46,837 bases of DNA from a phage, in sequence record PZ502447.1. One strand, written 5' to 3'. Under the pieces are notes generated by a model. It was not told the origin of the DNA and ran no database searches. It saw only the letters and a list, made by a program, of their open reading frames with translations. The position numbers and the translations under genes are program-made. The stretch's first letter is position 1. Each line of letters starts with the position of its first letter. Of this stretch, positions 24,975 through 34,705 are shown piece by piece.

Positions 24975-25388
24975 TCTTATCATCTCTGCGAATGCCGCAA
25001 GAAAACCCTCTCTTCCATAAGCCACCGCTGCGAAACCGCCTGATTCCCTTACGCTTTTTAGGAATGACTTTTGCTCATTGCTAACTGGGCTTGCTTGCGT
25101 TTTACCAGCCCTCTTTAACTCTATGGCGCCAAATGGATAACCGCCACGCAATGACTCAGGTATCAGAAATAAGCAGTCTGACACACCTTTGAGAAGCCCC
25201 TTGGCTTGGTCTTTTCTTGCTTGACCAATGCTCTTTTTATTTTCGTTAATCGTGTGCCAGTAAACAATCTGCGGATAGTTGTATTTCACCCAATCAGAGC
25301 AGAAGATTTGTTCATCGTCTTCCTTTGGGCATGACTTCACCGGTCCGCCATAGAACTCGAGGTAATCACCTTTGTCTGTGATTTTCAT
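24969..25388 (-). CDS. VRR-NUC domain nuclease
   Basis: 139 aa; PD-(D/E)XK-like core DCLFLIP...GAIELKRAGK...Q typical of VRR-NUC proteins; immediately downstream of the helicase gene, a common phage pairing. Confidence 0.55.
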   Translation of the reverse strand: MKITDKGDYLEFYGGPVKSCPKEDDEQIFCSDWVKYNYPQIVYWHTINENKKSIGQARKDQAKGLLKGVSDCLFLIPESLRGGYPFGAIELKRAGKTQASPVSNEQKSFLKSVRESGGFAAVAYGREGFLAAFAEMIRK

Positions 25389-25389
25389 A

Positions 25390-27384
25390 TCAATCCTCCA
25401 TCGTAAATGATTTGTTGGCGATAATATCTTGCGACTTCTGATTCTTGCGGTGCGTAATCCTTAGCGGCGCACGGAAAAGATGTGCATTTGTCATAATCAT
25501 TTTAGCATTACGCAATCTGCCAATCCTAAAAGCCTCAGTACTGTTCTCGATGTGAGTTGAGCAAAACGCCTTCCATTTGACAGAACAAACACGATGGTCT
25601 GACTCCGGGAAGAATGTTTCATAAGCTCGGAACTTATCTCCACTATGAGCCATTACCTCATATGAAGCAACGATCCCTGACTGGTTTTTTGTCAACCCAA
25701 TCTTGAAGTCATAAACTCTCAACCAGTCCCCTTTCCGATACATTTTTCCAGATAGCTTTGCATTTGGGTCTATCAGCATCTCTCCGCAGCAGCGGCAGTT
25801 CTTTGCTGCAACGTCATTTTTCTCTCCGCAACCTTTCTTAATGATAACTTTCGTCTGCGGGTCCTCAATATCTTCGCAAAGACGGAACTGAAAAAAATGC
25901 TCGCATCGTTTACCGTCAATCACATTATTACAGCGCCGTGCGAAAGGAGAATTCTCATAAGAACATGCTGGGCAAATTCTTGGTTCATCACCCCCTTTCC
26001 TGGATGACTTAAACTTCTGGTCCTGAACCTCTTCTATAATTGGGTCGAAGTAGAGTTCTGCCATATCGTCAAGCGTCCCGGCAAAATCAAGAACAACGTG
26101 GTCCTCTTTTATCATTCCAGCTTCTTTGTGCTTCTTCTTAAGAATTCGCATACCGCGACCAAGCAACTGAATGAGCAACGTTATGCTGCCAACCTTCCTT
26201 AGGATAATGCTTGTATCCCACGGCGGCACGTTGACGCCCGTTGTGAGGCAACCAATCTGAAATATGAATTTATATTCTCCATTTGCCGCCTTATCAAGTA
26301 TCTCTCTGCGTTTTTTTTCACCAGTGGAGTCAGTAACTATCGCCCACGTCACACCATCTGGTAGCGCTGCCGCCGCCTCTTCACAATGCTGCTTTCCGGC
26401 GCAGGTTACCAATGCCGCATTCCTTGTTTCCATGAATTTAGCAGCAAAGCCCATTATCTTTTGGGTCATGGTCTGGTTTTCATGAATCTTCGCAGCCATA
26501 GCGTCCATTTCTTTTTTACTGAAGTCTTTAACTCCATCACTTCCATCTGGAGCAAACTCGCTAAGGTCATAACCCAAATCACCAACCTCGCCGTAAACGG
26601 TCGGAACCACGAACCCCAAGTCAACCAGGTAACTGGTTGGTACTTGCATTACCGTTTTACGCCAGAAACCACGAACATTCGGATTGCTAACTACAATGTG
26701 GTCATTGTTCCGGTAAGGGCTACCAGTTAAACCGAAGATGCGTAGCTCTCGACCATACTTCTCTTTGCAGCGTCTCTTCATCTCAGTAATGATTAGCGTG
26801 TACTGCGCACGACCAGTTCCGAGCAATCCGGTATTCACTCCATCCTTGAAAACCATCTCACCCTTCTTCGTGCTCATCTGCTCGAATGTTTCCTCGTTCT
26901 CTTCAGCTTCTACGATATCCATATGGTCAACCATATGACATTCATCTATCGCAATAACGGCAGGAACATAGTCACCAAGGCCCTTAAACAAGCCGTTAGC
27001 AGCTGTGCCCTCACTAGCCACTATGGTTGGGTAGTAAACTGATTTAACGTTAAGGCCAGCGCAATAGACGCTATTACGGATGCCGAAGTTACGAAGCTCT
27101 TCAGCGTTCTGGCTGATAATTTCTGACTGGCGAGAAAGCACCATGTAAGGAAGCCCAAGCTGTTCCATTCGTTTCCCAATCATGGCGAGTATAATTGTCT
27201 TACCAGCAGACACCGACAGGTCTGCGATGAATGGTGCTTCATACTTGCCAATGGCCTTGCCAATAGCGTCAAATGTCACGCACTGGAATTCGTAAGGCGT
27301 TATGTCTCCAAACTGGTAATCTTTCTGAATCTGTTTAATTTTCTCTTTATCAAAGTTGGCTACTAAGCGCTCTACTGGAAGCAT
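25390..27384 (-). CDS. ATP-dependent SF2 helicase (DExH box) with C-terminal Cys-rich zinc-ribbon region
   Basis: 664 aa; Walker A SVSAGKT, DExH box AIDECH, C-terminal CPAC...C..C and C.CCG clusters. Confidence 0.75.
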   Translation of the reverse strand: MLPVERLVANFDKEKIKQIQKDYQFGDITPYEFQCVTFDAIGKAIGKYEAPFIADLSVSAGKTIILAMIGKRMEQLGLPYMVLSRQSEIISQNAEELRNFGIRNSVYCAGLNVKSVYYPTIVASEGTAANGLFKGLGDYVPAVIAIDECHMVDHMDIVEAEENEETFEQMSTKKGEMVFKDGVNTGLLGTGRAQYTLIITEMKRRCKEKYGRELRIFGLTGSPYRNNDHIVVSNPNVRGFWRKTVMQVPTSYLVDLGFVVPTVYGEVGDLGYDLSEFAPDGSDGVKDFSKKEMDAMAAKIHENQTMTQKIMGFAAKFMETRNAALVTCAGKQHCEEAAAALPDGVTWAIVTDSTGEKKRREILDKAANGEYKFIFQIGCLTTGVNVPPWDTSIILRKVGSITLLIQLLGRGMRILKKKHKEAGMIKEDHVVLDFAGTLDDMAELYFDPIIEEVQDQKFKSSRKGGDEPRICPACSYENSPFARRCNNVIDGKRCEHFFQFRLCEDIEDPQTKVIIKKGCGEKNDVAAKNCRCCGEMLIDPNAKLSGKMYRKGDWLRVYDFKIGLTKNQSGIVASYEVMAHSGDKFRAYETFFPESDHRVCSVKWKAFCSTHIENSTEAFRIGRLRNAKMIMTNAHLFRAPLRITHRKNQKSQDIIANKSFTMED

Positions 27385-27473
27385 TTTAAATATCCCGACA
27401 GTTTGTTAGTTCGTTGCATTGCTGTATAATAACAATTATCGAACCTATTGTTTAACAAAAAATGCTATTGAGG
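27385..27473 (-). promoter_or_regulatory. variant promoter module in divergent region
   Basis: Minus-strand AATAGCATTTTTTGTTAAAC, about 21 nt, TATTATAC, then leader to helicase ATG at 27384; the plus-strand gene at 27481 starts 8 nt beyond the motif. Confidence 0.4.
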
Positions 27474-27480
27474 TAATGAG

Positions 27481-27954
27481 ATGTGTGAAATTGACAAGCG
27501 AACTATCAACGGCAATAACGGAACCATCCGCACGCAAGACAAGAAACAGCGCAAACGACCGTCAGGCTACTACGTATTGAAAGATGAAGTAAAGGCTGGG
27601 CTACGAGCTCGTCTGGAGATGGTTCTTGATTTCTACGGCACGAAGGCCAATATCGCCAAGCAGTTAAATGTATCTCACCAGACTGTAGAGCAATGGTTTG
27701 ATCGCGGGATGATTTCGGCTCGAGGTGCCCAGAGGGCTCACAATGCATACAAGCGAAATAAGGAAGGCTTTAGAGCTACGTTCTGCCGACCAGACCTGCA
27801 ATTCGACGGAAACGGTAAGCCATTAACGCTTAGATGCAAGAAACGCCATATGCTGCGGGTTGTTACAGAAGCTGAACTAGCAACAAAGCCACCATGTCGA
27901 CCATGGCGCAAGAATAAGATTGCCAACGAAGCAGCACGAAAAGCTAAAGATTAA
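27481..27954 (+). CDS. HTH DNA-binding protein (putative transcriptional regulator)
   Basis: 157 aa, ATG with GAGGTAA SD; helix-turn-helix-like segment TKANIAKQLNVSHQTVEQWFDRG; basic N- and C-termini. Confidence 0.5.
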   Translation: MCEIDKRTINGNNGTIRTQDKKQRKRPSGYYVLKDEVKAGLRARLEMVLDFYGTKANIAKQLNVSHQTVEQWFDRGMISARGAQRAHNAYKRNKEGFRATFCRPDLQFDGNGKPLTLRCKKRHMLRVVTEAELATKPPCRPWRKNKIANEAARKAKD

Positions 27955-28005
27955 ATAATTGGATGTGCCATAATCGGTACATCCTTTTTTATTGGGGAGA
28001 AGAAA

Positions 28006-28485
28006 ATGAACTGGCATGATTATTTTTACTATGTAGATGGCAAATTGCATTGGAAGATTAGCACTGCAAGACGTGTTAAGGTTGGCGATGAGTGCAACTC
28101 ACTATCTACATCTGGCTATTACAAAGTGTCTGTTAATGGCTTTAGGACTTATGTACATAGAGTTGTGTGGGAGATGTTTAATGGAGAACTTCAAAATGGC
28201 GACTACATTGATCATATAAACCATAACAAATTAGATAACAGAATAGAAAACCTAAGAGTAACAACAAATCAAGGTAACTCAAGAAATTGCAAGCTTAGCG
28301 TTTTATCAACAACTGGTTATTGTGGAGTAGCAAAGCTAAATCACGGAAAATTTAAGGCTCACATCAAGGTTGACGGTAAGCAGCTACACCTTGGGAACTT
28401 CGATACTCCAGAGCAGGCGTATAAAGTAAGAATTGAAGCAGAGAGAAAATGCAACTTTCACGAAAATCACGGGTTAAGCAAATGA
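28006..28485 (+). CDS. HNH homing endonuclease (AP2-HNH type)
   Basis: 159 aa; IDHINHNKLDNRIENLR HNH core; N-terminus MNWHDYFYYVDGKLHWK paralogous to the HNH at 9916; inserted directly upstream of primase with an ATGA overlap. Confidence 0.85.
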   Translation: MNWHDYFYYVDGKLHWKISTARRVKVGDECNSLSTSGYYKVSVNGFRTYVHRVVWEMFNGELQNGDYIDHINHNKLDNRIENLRVTTNQGNSRNCKLSVLSTTGYCGVAKLNHGKFKAHIKVDGKQLHLGNFDTPEQAYKVRIEAERKCNFHENHGLSK

Positions 28486-29405
28486 ATTACGATAAGAATG
28501 AAGTTATACCTAAGATGGCCGGATTGTGGAAATCATTTTATGCAAAGGAACTTGGTTGGAATGATAGACACCTAAGTAAGAAGCACGGACCATGCCCATA
28601 CTGCTTTGGCACTGACAGATTCAGATTTACCGACGAAATAGGCAGTGAAAAAGGGAATGGCGCGGCAGTTTGTTCGAAATGCGGAAGTGACTCCGGTATA
28701 GGATGGGTCATGAAGTGCACTGGATCGTCCTTCGCAGATTCAGTAAATTTGCTTGGTGACTGGCTGAACTTAACACCAATTGAGGTTATAGTTAAAGCAA
28801 ACAAGCAAGCATCAAGAACCCAGCTCTACAAAATGGGCGCCCAGATTGACCACGAAAGATGTTTAGAGATTATGGAAAGAACAGAAAGAGTAGAATCAAC
28901 TCCACTCAGTATATACGAGGGTATCTATAGCGAATTTGGTTTTGATGTTGGCAGGACGAAATCAGGCGAACTAATACACGCAGTACCGTGCTTTATGGCT
29001 TATAGTGACGGCATATCAGATGATATGTGCAATGTAATGTTTATCAATGAAGATGGAGATGTTAGCTATGCTGCAAAAGATTATACTCGCCAGTCTGTTT
29101 CTATTATTGGCACCTTTAAAGATGATGAGTACGCTTATCTGGTCGATAATTGGATTGATGGTGTTCGCGTTCATCTTGCTACTGGAAATCGCTGCGTGCT
29201 TGTTTGCCACTCCAGCTACAACATGGAAATGGTTGCTTATGCGCTTATGAACTACAAGTTACGCGTCGCTTGTACTCGCAACTCTTTTGATTTACTTGCC
29301 GTTGCTGACGATCGCAATCTTGATATTGTAATTCCAAATGATGGTAATTTTTTCAAGTCAGGCATAAGAAAGAGAATATACAAGGCAAACGAATTACTAG
29401 ACTAA
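28482..29405 (+). CDS. DNA primase (zinc-finger type)
   Basis: CxxC...CxxC zinc-binding motif (CPYCFG...CSKCGS) near the N-terminus. Start placed at ATG MNYDKNEV overlapping the HNH stop; the ORF track starts it 33 nt earlier. Confidence 0.55.
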   Translation: MNYDKNEVIPKMAGLWKSFYAKELGWNDRHLSKKHGPCPYCFGTDRFRFTDEIGSEKGNGAAVCSKCGSDSGIGWVMKCTGSSFADSVNLLGDWLNLTPIEVIVKANKQASRTQLYKMGAQIDHERCLEIMERTERVESTPLSIYEGIYSEFGFDVGRTKSGELIHAVPCFMAYSDGISDDMCNVMFINEDGDVSYAAKDYTRQSVSIIGTFKDDEYAYLVDNWIDGVRVHLATGNRCVLVCHSSYNMEMVAYALMNYKLRVACTRNSFDLLAVADDRNLDIVIPNDGNFFKSGIRKRIYKANELLD

Positions 29406-29426
29406 CCTCCTTCGGGAGGTTTTTTT
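29406..29426 (+). terminator. intrinsic terminator after primase
   Basis: Hairpin CCUCC-UUCG-GGAGG followed by a U7 run, immediately after the primase stop. Confidence 0.65.
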
Positions 29427-29492
29427 ATACCTGAAAGATGATACAATCCACTTTAGCAATTAGTGCTACTTTACAAATGGAGACTTTACACA

Positions 29493-32021
29493 ATGGCAAT
29501 TTATGACTTAGGAACAGCGTCGCTAGCCGCAAATGGCGAGGTTACTGGCGTCGGGACAACATGGAAAGCACCACTTACACTGATTCGTGTAGGTGCAACC
29601 ATTATTTTTAAAACCAGTCCACTTAAAATTTATACCATCTCTGAAATCATCAGCGACACTCAGATTAATGTTTACAACCCTAATTCTGAAACTGTTCCTG
29701 CCGGAACTGGTTACGCGATTCTTGCTCACGATGGCATTACCGTTCAGGGTTTAGCTCAGGATGTTGCTGAGACTCTGCGTTACTATCAGTCAAAGGAGAC
29801 TTCTATTGAAAGTTTGCTGCAATTTATCGGGCAAGATAATTTCGATTGGCCTCGCTTCGAGCAATTAGCAAACCAATCAGTAACAGGGGCTGCCGAGTCT
29901 TTAGCTAGCCAGATTGCTGCCGCAGAGAGCGCCGCTACTGCCGTTAGCGCAAGGGATACAACCACATCAGCGAGAGATGCTACTATTGAGGCAATTAATA
30001 GTGCTGGTGATGCTGGCACAATGGTAACTCTTGCCAATATGGGTATCGGTGGCTCGCTTACACCTCAGTTGACAGAACTTGACTGGAATACGTTTGATTT
30101 CAAATCAGGAGCTAGATACCTATGCCAAAAGTCAGCAATGATCAACGCTCCAGAGGTGATAAATATAACCTACTCCGATAGCACGCTTTGTGCGATTGAG
30201 GTTAAGTCAGCAAGGGGGATTACTGGTGTTAAGAACATACAAGTGTCAGCATCAACCGGATCCGATAATACGTACAGGGTGATTGATTTAACTCAGACTG
30301 GCACGGCACCAAACAAAACTTACTATTCAAGAGAGGCTCTTTATGTCGCATCAGGAAGTCAGGTTGGCGGCGCTAGCGCCCAGCGAGTAAGAGGCTTGCT
30401 TGATGTTTACTCAAAAAATGAGACTTTTCAAAAATCATTGAATTTATCTGATGTTGCAGATAAAGGATTGGCAAGAACCAACCTTGATGTTTACTCAAAG
30501 GGTGAGGTGTCATCAATTTTAAATACAGATTCAAAAAGCACATCAAGCTATAACGGATCAATACCTTCAGCAATAGAGGCTGCTGGTAATGGTGGCTCAG
30601 TAGTTATAAGCCCAGGAACTTATGAGAGTAATAACTACTATTTTGCTGGCAGGAACATATCAGGCTCTGGATACAATACTGTAATAAGTGTTAAACCTTT
30701 TGAAACCGGACTCACCTCAACGCTATCGGTTCCGCACTGGAGGCAAAAGCATTTATCCGATTTACAGTTTACAGGGACGACAATACAAGCAAATAACGGT
30801 TTTCAATTCCCAGATGACCCTTATGCCGGTAGGGTTGTTATGGATAGGTTGTACTTTAATGACCTGGATGTTGGCATAAGGAAAAATGCTGGCAACATTG
30901 GAAATACCTACAGAAACGTAAGTATTAGAAATGCGAATTACGGGTATCGAGCCAAAGCTCATGACGAAATGCATATAGGAGCGGACACTTTATACGGGTA
31001 CCACTCAGATACAATCTCTCAATATTCAGTAATGCTAGATGCGACAAGCACAAGTAGCGCAAAGAACCCTGGCGCTGGAGGAATTGGTGGGTGGTGGATT
31101 AGGGATTCAATAATGGAGGCCTCTGCTGGCGGCGGTATAAGGTTAAAGAATAAACCTGGAGATTGCCCAACATCACCTTGCGGATTGTCTAACGTATGGT
31201 TTGAAGCGATAGCAACTGGGGGGGCAATTAACGTAGGTGATGGAGCTGAGCTACCAAGGGTTTTGAAGCTTATTGATACGTCTGTTTTCTTTGCTGAGCA
31301 CTCCTACATTAATAACATTGAGTTGTCTAACTCAAGCCTTGTTACTTACGGTTGCAGGTTTGATAACGCTGATGGGCATCAAGATTTCTCTCTTGATTCG
31401 AACAGTATTATTTTTGCTAAGGATGCATACCTGAATGGCTCTTCAACATCAAACGTTATAGTTGAGTCACTGGTATCACAGACAGCCAAGATAACGGGTA
31501 CATCTGACTTATCTGTTAGAGGATATGTTACTAAGGGTCGAGTTTTTAATCCCGATTCCGGAACTGTTTTAGTCAGGAGGCCTTTTGGTACTGGTGGGAA
31601 CAACTTTGGTGGAACAGGGTCGGCAAGTGAAGGTTCTGATACAAGGGGTATACACTCGCAATCATCTGGATACTACGAATTGGCTGGTGCGGCTAATTAC
31701 GAATTGATAAATGGTGGCTTTAATATAACTTCCGGCAAATGGTATGCTTGGGGTATTTCTGCAAACAGGATTCAAGGCGGTGCTGATGGTATTATAAACA
31801 TTTTTGGTAGCGCATCATTAGGCCGTGTGTTTACTGAGGGTGGTAAGTGGGTTCATACATTTGGAGTTGGTCAGGCTTCGGTTTCTGGCGTTGCAAACCT
31901 TAACATTAACCTCAATGGATTAACTGGTATGGTATTAAGCCTTGCTGATTATTTTGTTGTAGAATTTGATAATCAAAGGGACGCCTTGATATTTGCAAAC
32001 TCAAGAGTTTCTCTTGCATAA
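29493..32021 (+). CDS. tail fibre / tailspike protein with probable beta-helix domain
   Basis: About 842 aa from ATG MAIYDLG (GGAGAC SD); Gly/Asn/Ser/Thr-rich with repetitive N-x-x-I/V segments typical of right-handed beta-helix fibres; Ala-rich coiled segment near the N-terminus. Confidence 0.6.
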   Translation: MAIYDLGTASLAANGEVTGVGTTWKAPLTLIRVGATIIFKTSPLKIYTISEIISDTQINVYNPNSETVPAGTGYAILAHDGITVQGLAQDVAETLRYYQSKETSIESLLQFIGQDNFDWPRFEQLANQSVTGAAESLASQIAAAESAATAVSARDTTTSARDATIEAINSAGDAGTMVTLANMGIGGSLTPQLTELDWNTFDFKSGARYLCQKSAMINAPEVINITYSDSTLCAIEVKSARGITGVKNIQVSASTGSDNTYRVIDLTQTGTAPNKTYYSREALYVASGSQVGGASAQRVRGLLDVYSKNETFQKSLNLSDVADKGLARTNLDVYSKGEVSSILNTDSKSTSSYNGSIPSAIEAAGNGGSVVISPGTYESNNYYFAGRNISGSGYNTVISVKPFETGLTSTLSVPHWRQKHLSDLQFTGTTIQANNGFQFPDDPYAGRVVMDRLYFNDLDVGIRKNAGNIGNTYRNVSIRNANYGYRAKAHDEMHIGADTLYGYHSDTISQYSVMLDATSTSSAKNPGAGGIGGWWIRDSIMEASAGGGIRLKNKPGDCPTSPCGLSNVWFEAIATGGAINVGDGAELPRVLKLIDTSVFFAEHSYINNIELSNSSLVTYGCRFDNADGHQDFSLDSNSIIFAKDAYLNGSSTSNVIVESLVSQTAKITGTSDLSVRGYVTKGRVFNPDSGTVLVRRPFGTGGNNFGGTGSASEGSDTRGIHSQSSGYYELAGAANYELINGGFNITSGKWYAWGISANRIQGGADGIINIFGSASLGRVFTEGGKWVHTFGVGQASVSGVANLNINLNGLTGMVLSLADYFVVEFDNQRDALIFANSRVSLA

Positions 32022-32026
32022 AAAAA

Positions 32027-32050
32027 GCCCCGAAAGGGGCTTTATCTTTT
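32027..32050. terminator. bidirectional intrinsic terminator
   Basis: Hairpin GCCCC-GAAA-GGGGC flanked by an A-run upstream and a T-run downstream; between the plus-strand stop at 32021 and the minus-strand stop at 32052. Confidence 0.65.
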
Positions 32051-32051
32051 A

Positions 32052-32537
32052 TCAGTAGTAAAGATGTTCCGCTTGCTTTCTTGCCTTTAATGCGGACTCA
32101 AACGTTTCGAATCGTCCTAGATGTATTTTTCTACCGTTTACAGTTATGGACGCATCGTATTTTCCCTTATTAAAATGTACACCACCGCACCCCGTCTTAT
32201 TGTTTACTCTTACACCTAAATTGTGCATGTTGCCTGTTCTGTTGGTTTTCAGTAGGTTTGCGTAGGCATTATTTGCTCTATTCCTGTCAATATGGTCAAT
32301 TTCAATATCACCACTCAAAGAACCTTCAACGAAGGCAACCGCAAGCCTGTGAGCTTGGAATCGCTCTCCGTTGATGTTTATGCCTATGTATCCATTCCTA
32401 AGCGAACCTGAATTCGAACCTACATCTACACGCCGCGATGTGGGAATAATCCATGAAAAGATCCCTGATTCTGTACCGTAGGATAGGTGACGCATTGCTG
32501 CGTCAACCACATCTTTTGTTATGTCTTTGTATTTCAT
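32052..32537 (-). CDS. HNH homing endonuclease
   Basis: 161 aa; IDHIDRNRANN HNH core and NKTGCGGVHFNKGKYDASITVNGRKIHLGRFETFESA AP2-like tail. Confidence 0.8.
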   Translation of the reverse strand: MKYKDITKDVVDAAMRHLSYGTESGIFSWIIPTSRRVDVGSNSGSLRNGYIGININGERFQAHRLAVAFVEGSLSGDIEIDHIDRNRANNAYANLLKTNRTGNMHNLGVRVNNKTGCGGVHFNKGKYDASITVNGRKIHLGRFETFESALKARKQAEHLYY

Positions 32538-32540
32538 GCG

Positions 32541-32969
<429 letters not shown>

Positions 32970-32981
32970 ATTATTTCTCTC

Positions 32982-32996
32982 TTAATGCTGGGGCCG
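32982..32996 (-). other. intercistronic UUCG-tetraloop hairpin
   Basis: Minus-strand GGGGC-UUCG-GCCCC between the Erf stop and the SSB start, with no U tract; the same hairpin with the same TAATT(T)AA context recurs at 42825-42839. Confidence 0.55.
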
Positions 32997-33009
32997 AAGC
33001 CCCGTTAAA

Positions 33010-33660
33010 TTAGAATGTATCGATTTCTTGAGATTGCACTTCAACTTTTTCTTCTTGAACAGACTTTTGTGCAACCTGCTTAGGTTTTGCTGGGTTAAAG
33101 CCATTAGTTGCATTGGCCTGAATCTCTGCCTTGCGCTCGATAATGTGAGGCTCAAGCACTAACCAGCCGGCTGAATCAAGTGACTGCTTCGCCTCTTTGT
33201 AAACATCACGGAGGTCATCAAGAGTACTGCACTTAGCCAAGTCTTTCTTGAATGAGTTGATGCCTTTAACTGCTAACTGACCATCATCATCTGCCTGGCT
33301 TAAACCTAACGCCGCTGTGATTGCGTAACGGCGAGCGTATGTAAGTGATGACCCATAACCTTGAGCATCTTGCTTACTGATTGGGACTATGGTCAGGAAA
33401 CTAACCCACTCTCCAGATTCTGCATGGTAAACTGTTGTTTCAACCTTAATACGAGTGCTTACATCATCATCAATCATCGACTGAAACATCACCAGTCCGC
33501 TATCAGCCAATCCTGGCTCTACAGCTGCTAAAACATCATCTAAAGTAGCGTACTTATTCTTGAGGTGTGAGTTCTGCTTAGACTTTTCAGCCTTAGCAAA
33601 CTTTGATTTAGCCTCGAATAACGCCTTCAATACTTGCTTGTTTTGCTCAGAAGTTTTCAT
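33010..33660 (-). CDS. erf: Erf-family single-strand annealing protein
   Basis: About 216 aa from ATG MKTSEQ (GGGGA SD; the ORF-track start is a GTG inside the promoter -10). Erf-like core ATLDDVLAAVEPGLADSGL. Confidence 0.7.
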   Translation of the reverse strand: MKTSEQNKQVLKALFEAKSKFAKAEKSKQNSHLKNKYATLDDVLAAVEPGLADSGLVMFQSMIDDDVSTRIKVETTVYHAESGEWVSFLTIVPISKQDAQGYGSSLTYARRYAITAALGLSQADDDGQLAVKGINSFKKDLAKCSTLDDLRDVYKEAKQSLDSAGWLVLEPHIIERKAEIQANATNGFNPAKPKQVAQKSVQEEKVEVQSQEIDTF

Positions 33661-33737
33661 TCCCCATCTCTCTTTCGTTTCGATGGGGTAATGATACCCC
33701 ACCTGTTAATTTTGTCTTTAGCAATTAGTGCTATTTT
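33661..33737 (-). promoter_or_regulatory. conserved promoter module for recombination genes
   Basis: Minus-strand AATAGCACTAATTGCTAAAGAC, 22 nt, TATCAT, then leader CCCATCGAAACGAAAGAGAG, then ATG of erf; overlaps the exonuclease 3' end. Confidence 0.55.
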
Positions 33738-34702
33738 AGAAGTTCTTGATACTGCTTACTTACCCACTCAGGAATCATCAAATCTTGCTCTGTAATCCCA
33801 TTACTATATCCAGGCCAAACATCAAGCTCCTTACACTGCTTGTATGTTGCCAGCGCCTCACAATATTGTAAGCGCCCAATGCGAAGTTGCTCATCTGTAA
33901 GCGTGTAGCACATAGGTAAGTATGGCTCAGTTTTCTCCTGCGCCAGGAGTCGAACCACAACCTTACGCTTCTCGCTAAATGCCTTCACGAACAAGTCACG
34001 CTGAAGGCTCATTTTGCACAGGTATCCATGGTCATAAGCTGACTTGCCAAATCCTCTCGGGCTTGCGTCCGCCGTCGTCTTGTAGTCAGTAATGAAAACC
34101 ACGCCATCAACAACATCCACGTGATCAAGCCTAACCTTAACACCACACCCAAGAATCTCACCAAAGATTGATAGCTCTTTCTGTGCTGTTGGTGAGTTAA
34201 TAATCGCATCGTAAGCTGGGATATTAGTCAGAACCTCGCGCATTGAGATTACCTTATCGTAATCTTTCGCAGTAACGAGCTCTTTGCCACTAATCAACGC
34301 CTCAGCGCTCTCCTGCTGCTCAATTAACCATTTAACAGGCCAATCCTCACCACACTTATACATCATCTCTACAAGCTCGTTATAACCCTTCCCTGACGTG
34401 CCTGAAACTCCAACTTTTTTAAGCGCTGCGGATAAAGCCGTTTGGCTAGTAATCAATCCTTCCACTTCGTCAAAGTCAGTAGCTCGCATGTATGTTGAGT
34501 CAAACACCTCGCGCTCTAGCATCATGCAGTGACTTAGTGTGCCAAACTTAAGTGCTGCGCTAGAGTTATTGCGCTGCTTAAACTTCCATTTAGCTGGTGA
34601 GGTAGCAAGAATCTCAGCCAGTGAAGAGCCAGAGATATGGTCTTGCTCTTCGTGATAGGATTCATTTGTTAGCTCGTCGTTCGTATAAACTTTAAATGTC
34701 AT
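33731..34702 (-). CDS. PD-(D/E)XK exonuclease (recombination exonuclease)
   Basis: 323 aa; nuclease core around VVFITDYKT (D..DYK); upstream partner of erf and ssb in one leftward operon. Confidence 0.65.
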   Translation of the reverse strand: MTFKVYTNDELTNESYHEEQDHISGSSLAEILATSPAKWKFKQRNNSSAALKFGTLSHCMMLEREVFDSTYMRATDFDEVEGLITSQTALSAALKKVGVSGTSGKGYNELVEMMYKCGEDWPVKWLIEQQESAEALISGKELVTAKDYDKVISMREVLTNIPAYDAIINSPTAQKELSIFGEILGCGVKVRLDHVDVVDGVVFITDYKTTADASPRGFGKSAYDHGYLCKMSLQRDLFVKAFSEKRKVVVRLLAQEKTEPYLPMCYTLTDEQLRIGRLQYCEALATYKQCKELDVWPGYSNGITEQDLMIPEWVSKQYQELLK

Positions 34703-34705
34703 GGT

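Noticed and set aside
27481-27954. HTH protein as a lysogeny repressor, implying a temperate phage
   Set aside because: No integrase, excisionase or attachment-site-like sequence is present in the window; the overall gene content is that of a virulent T1-like phage.
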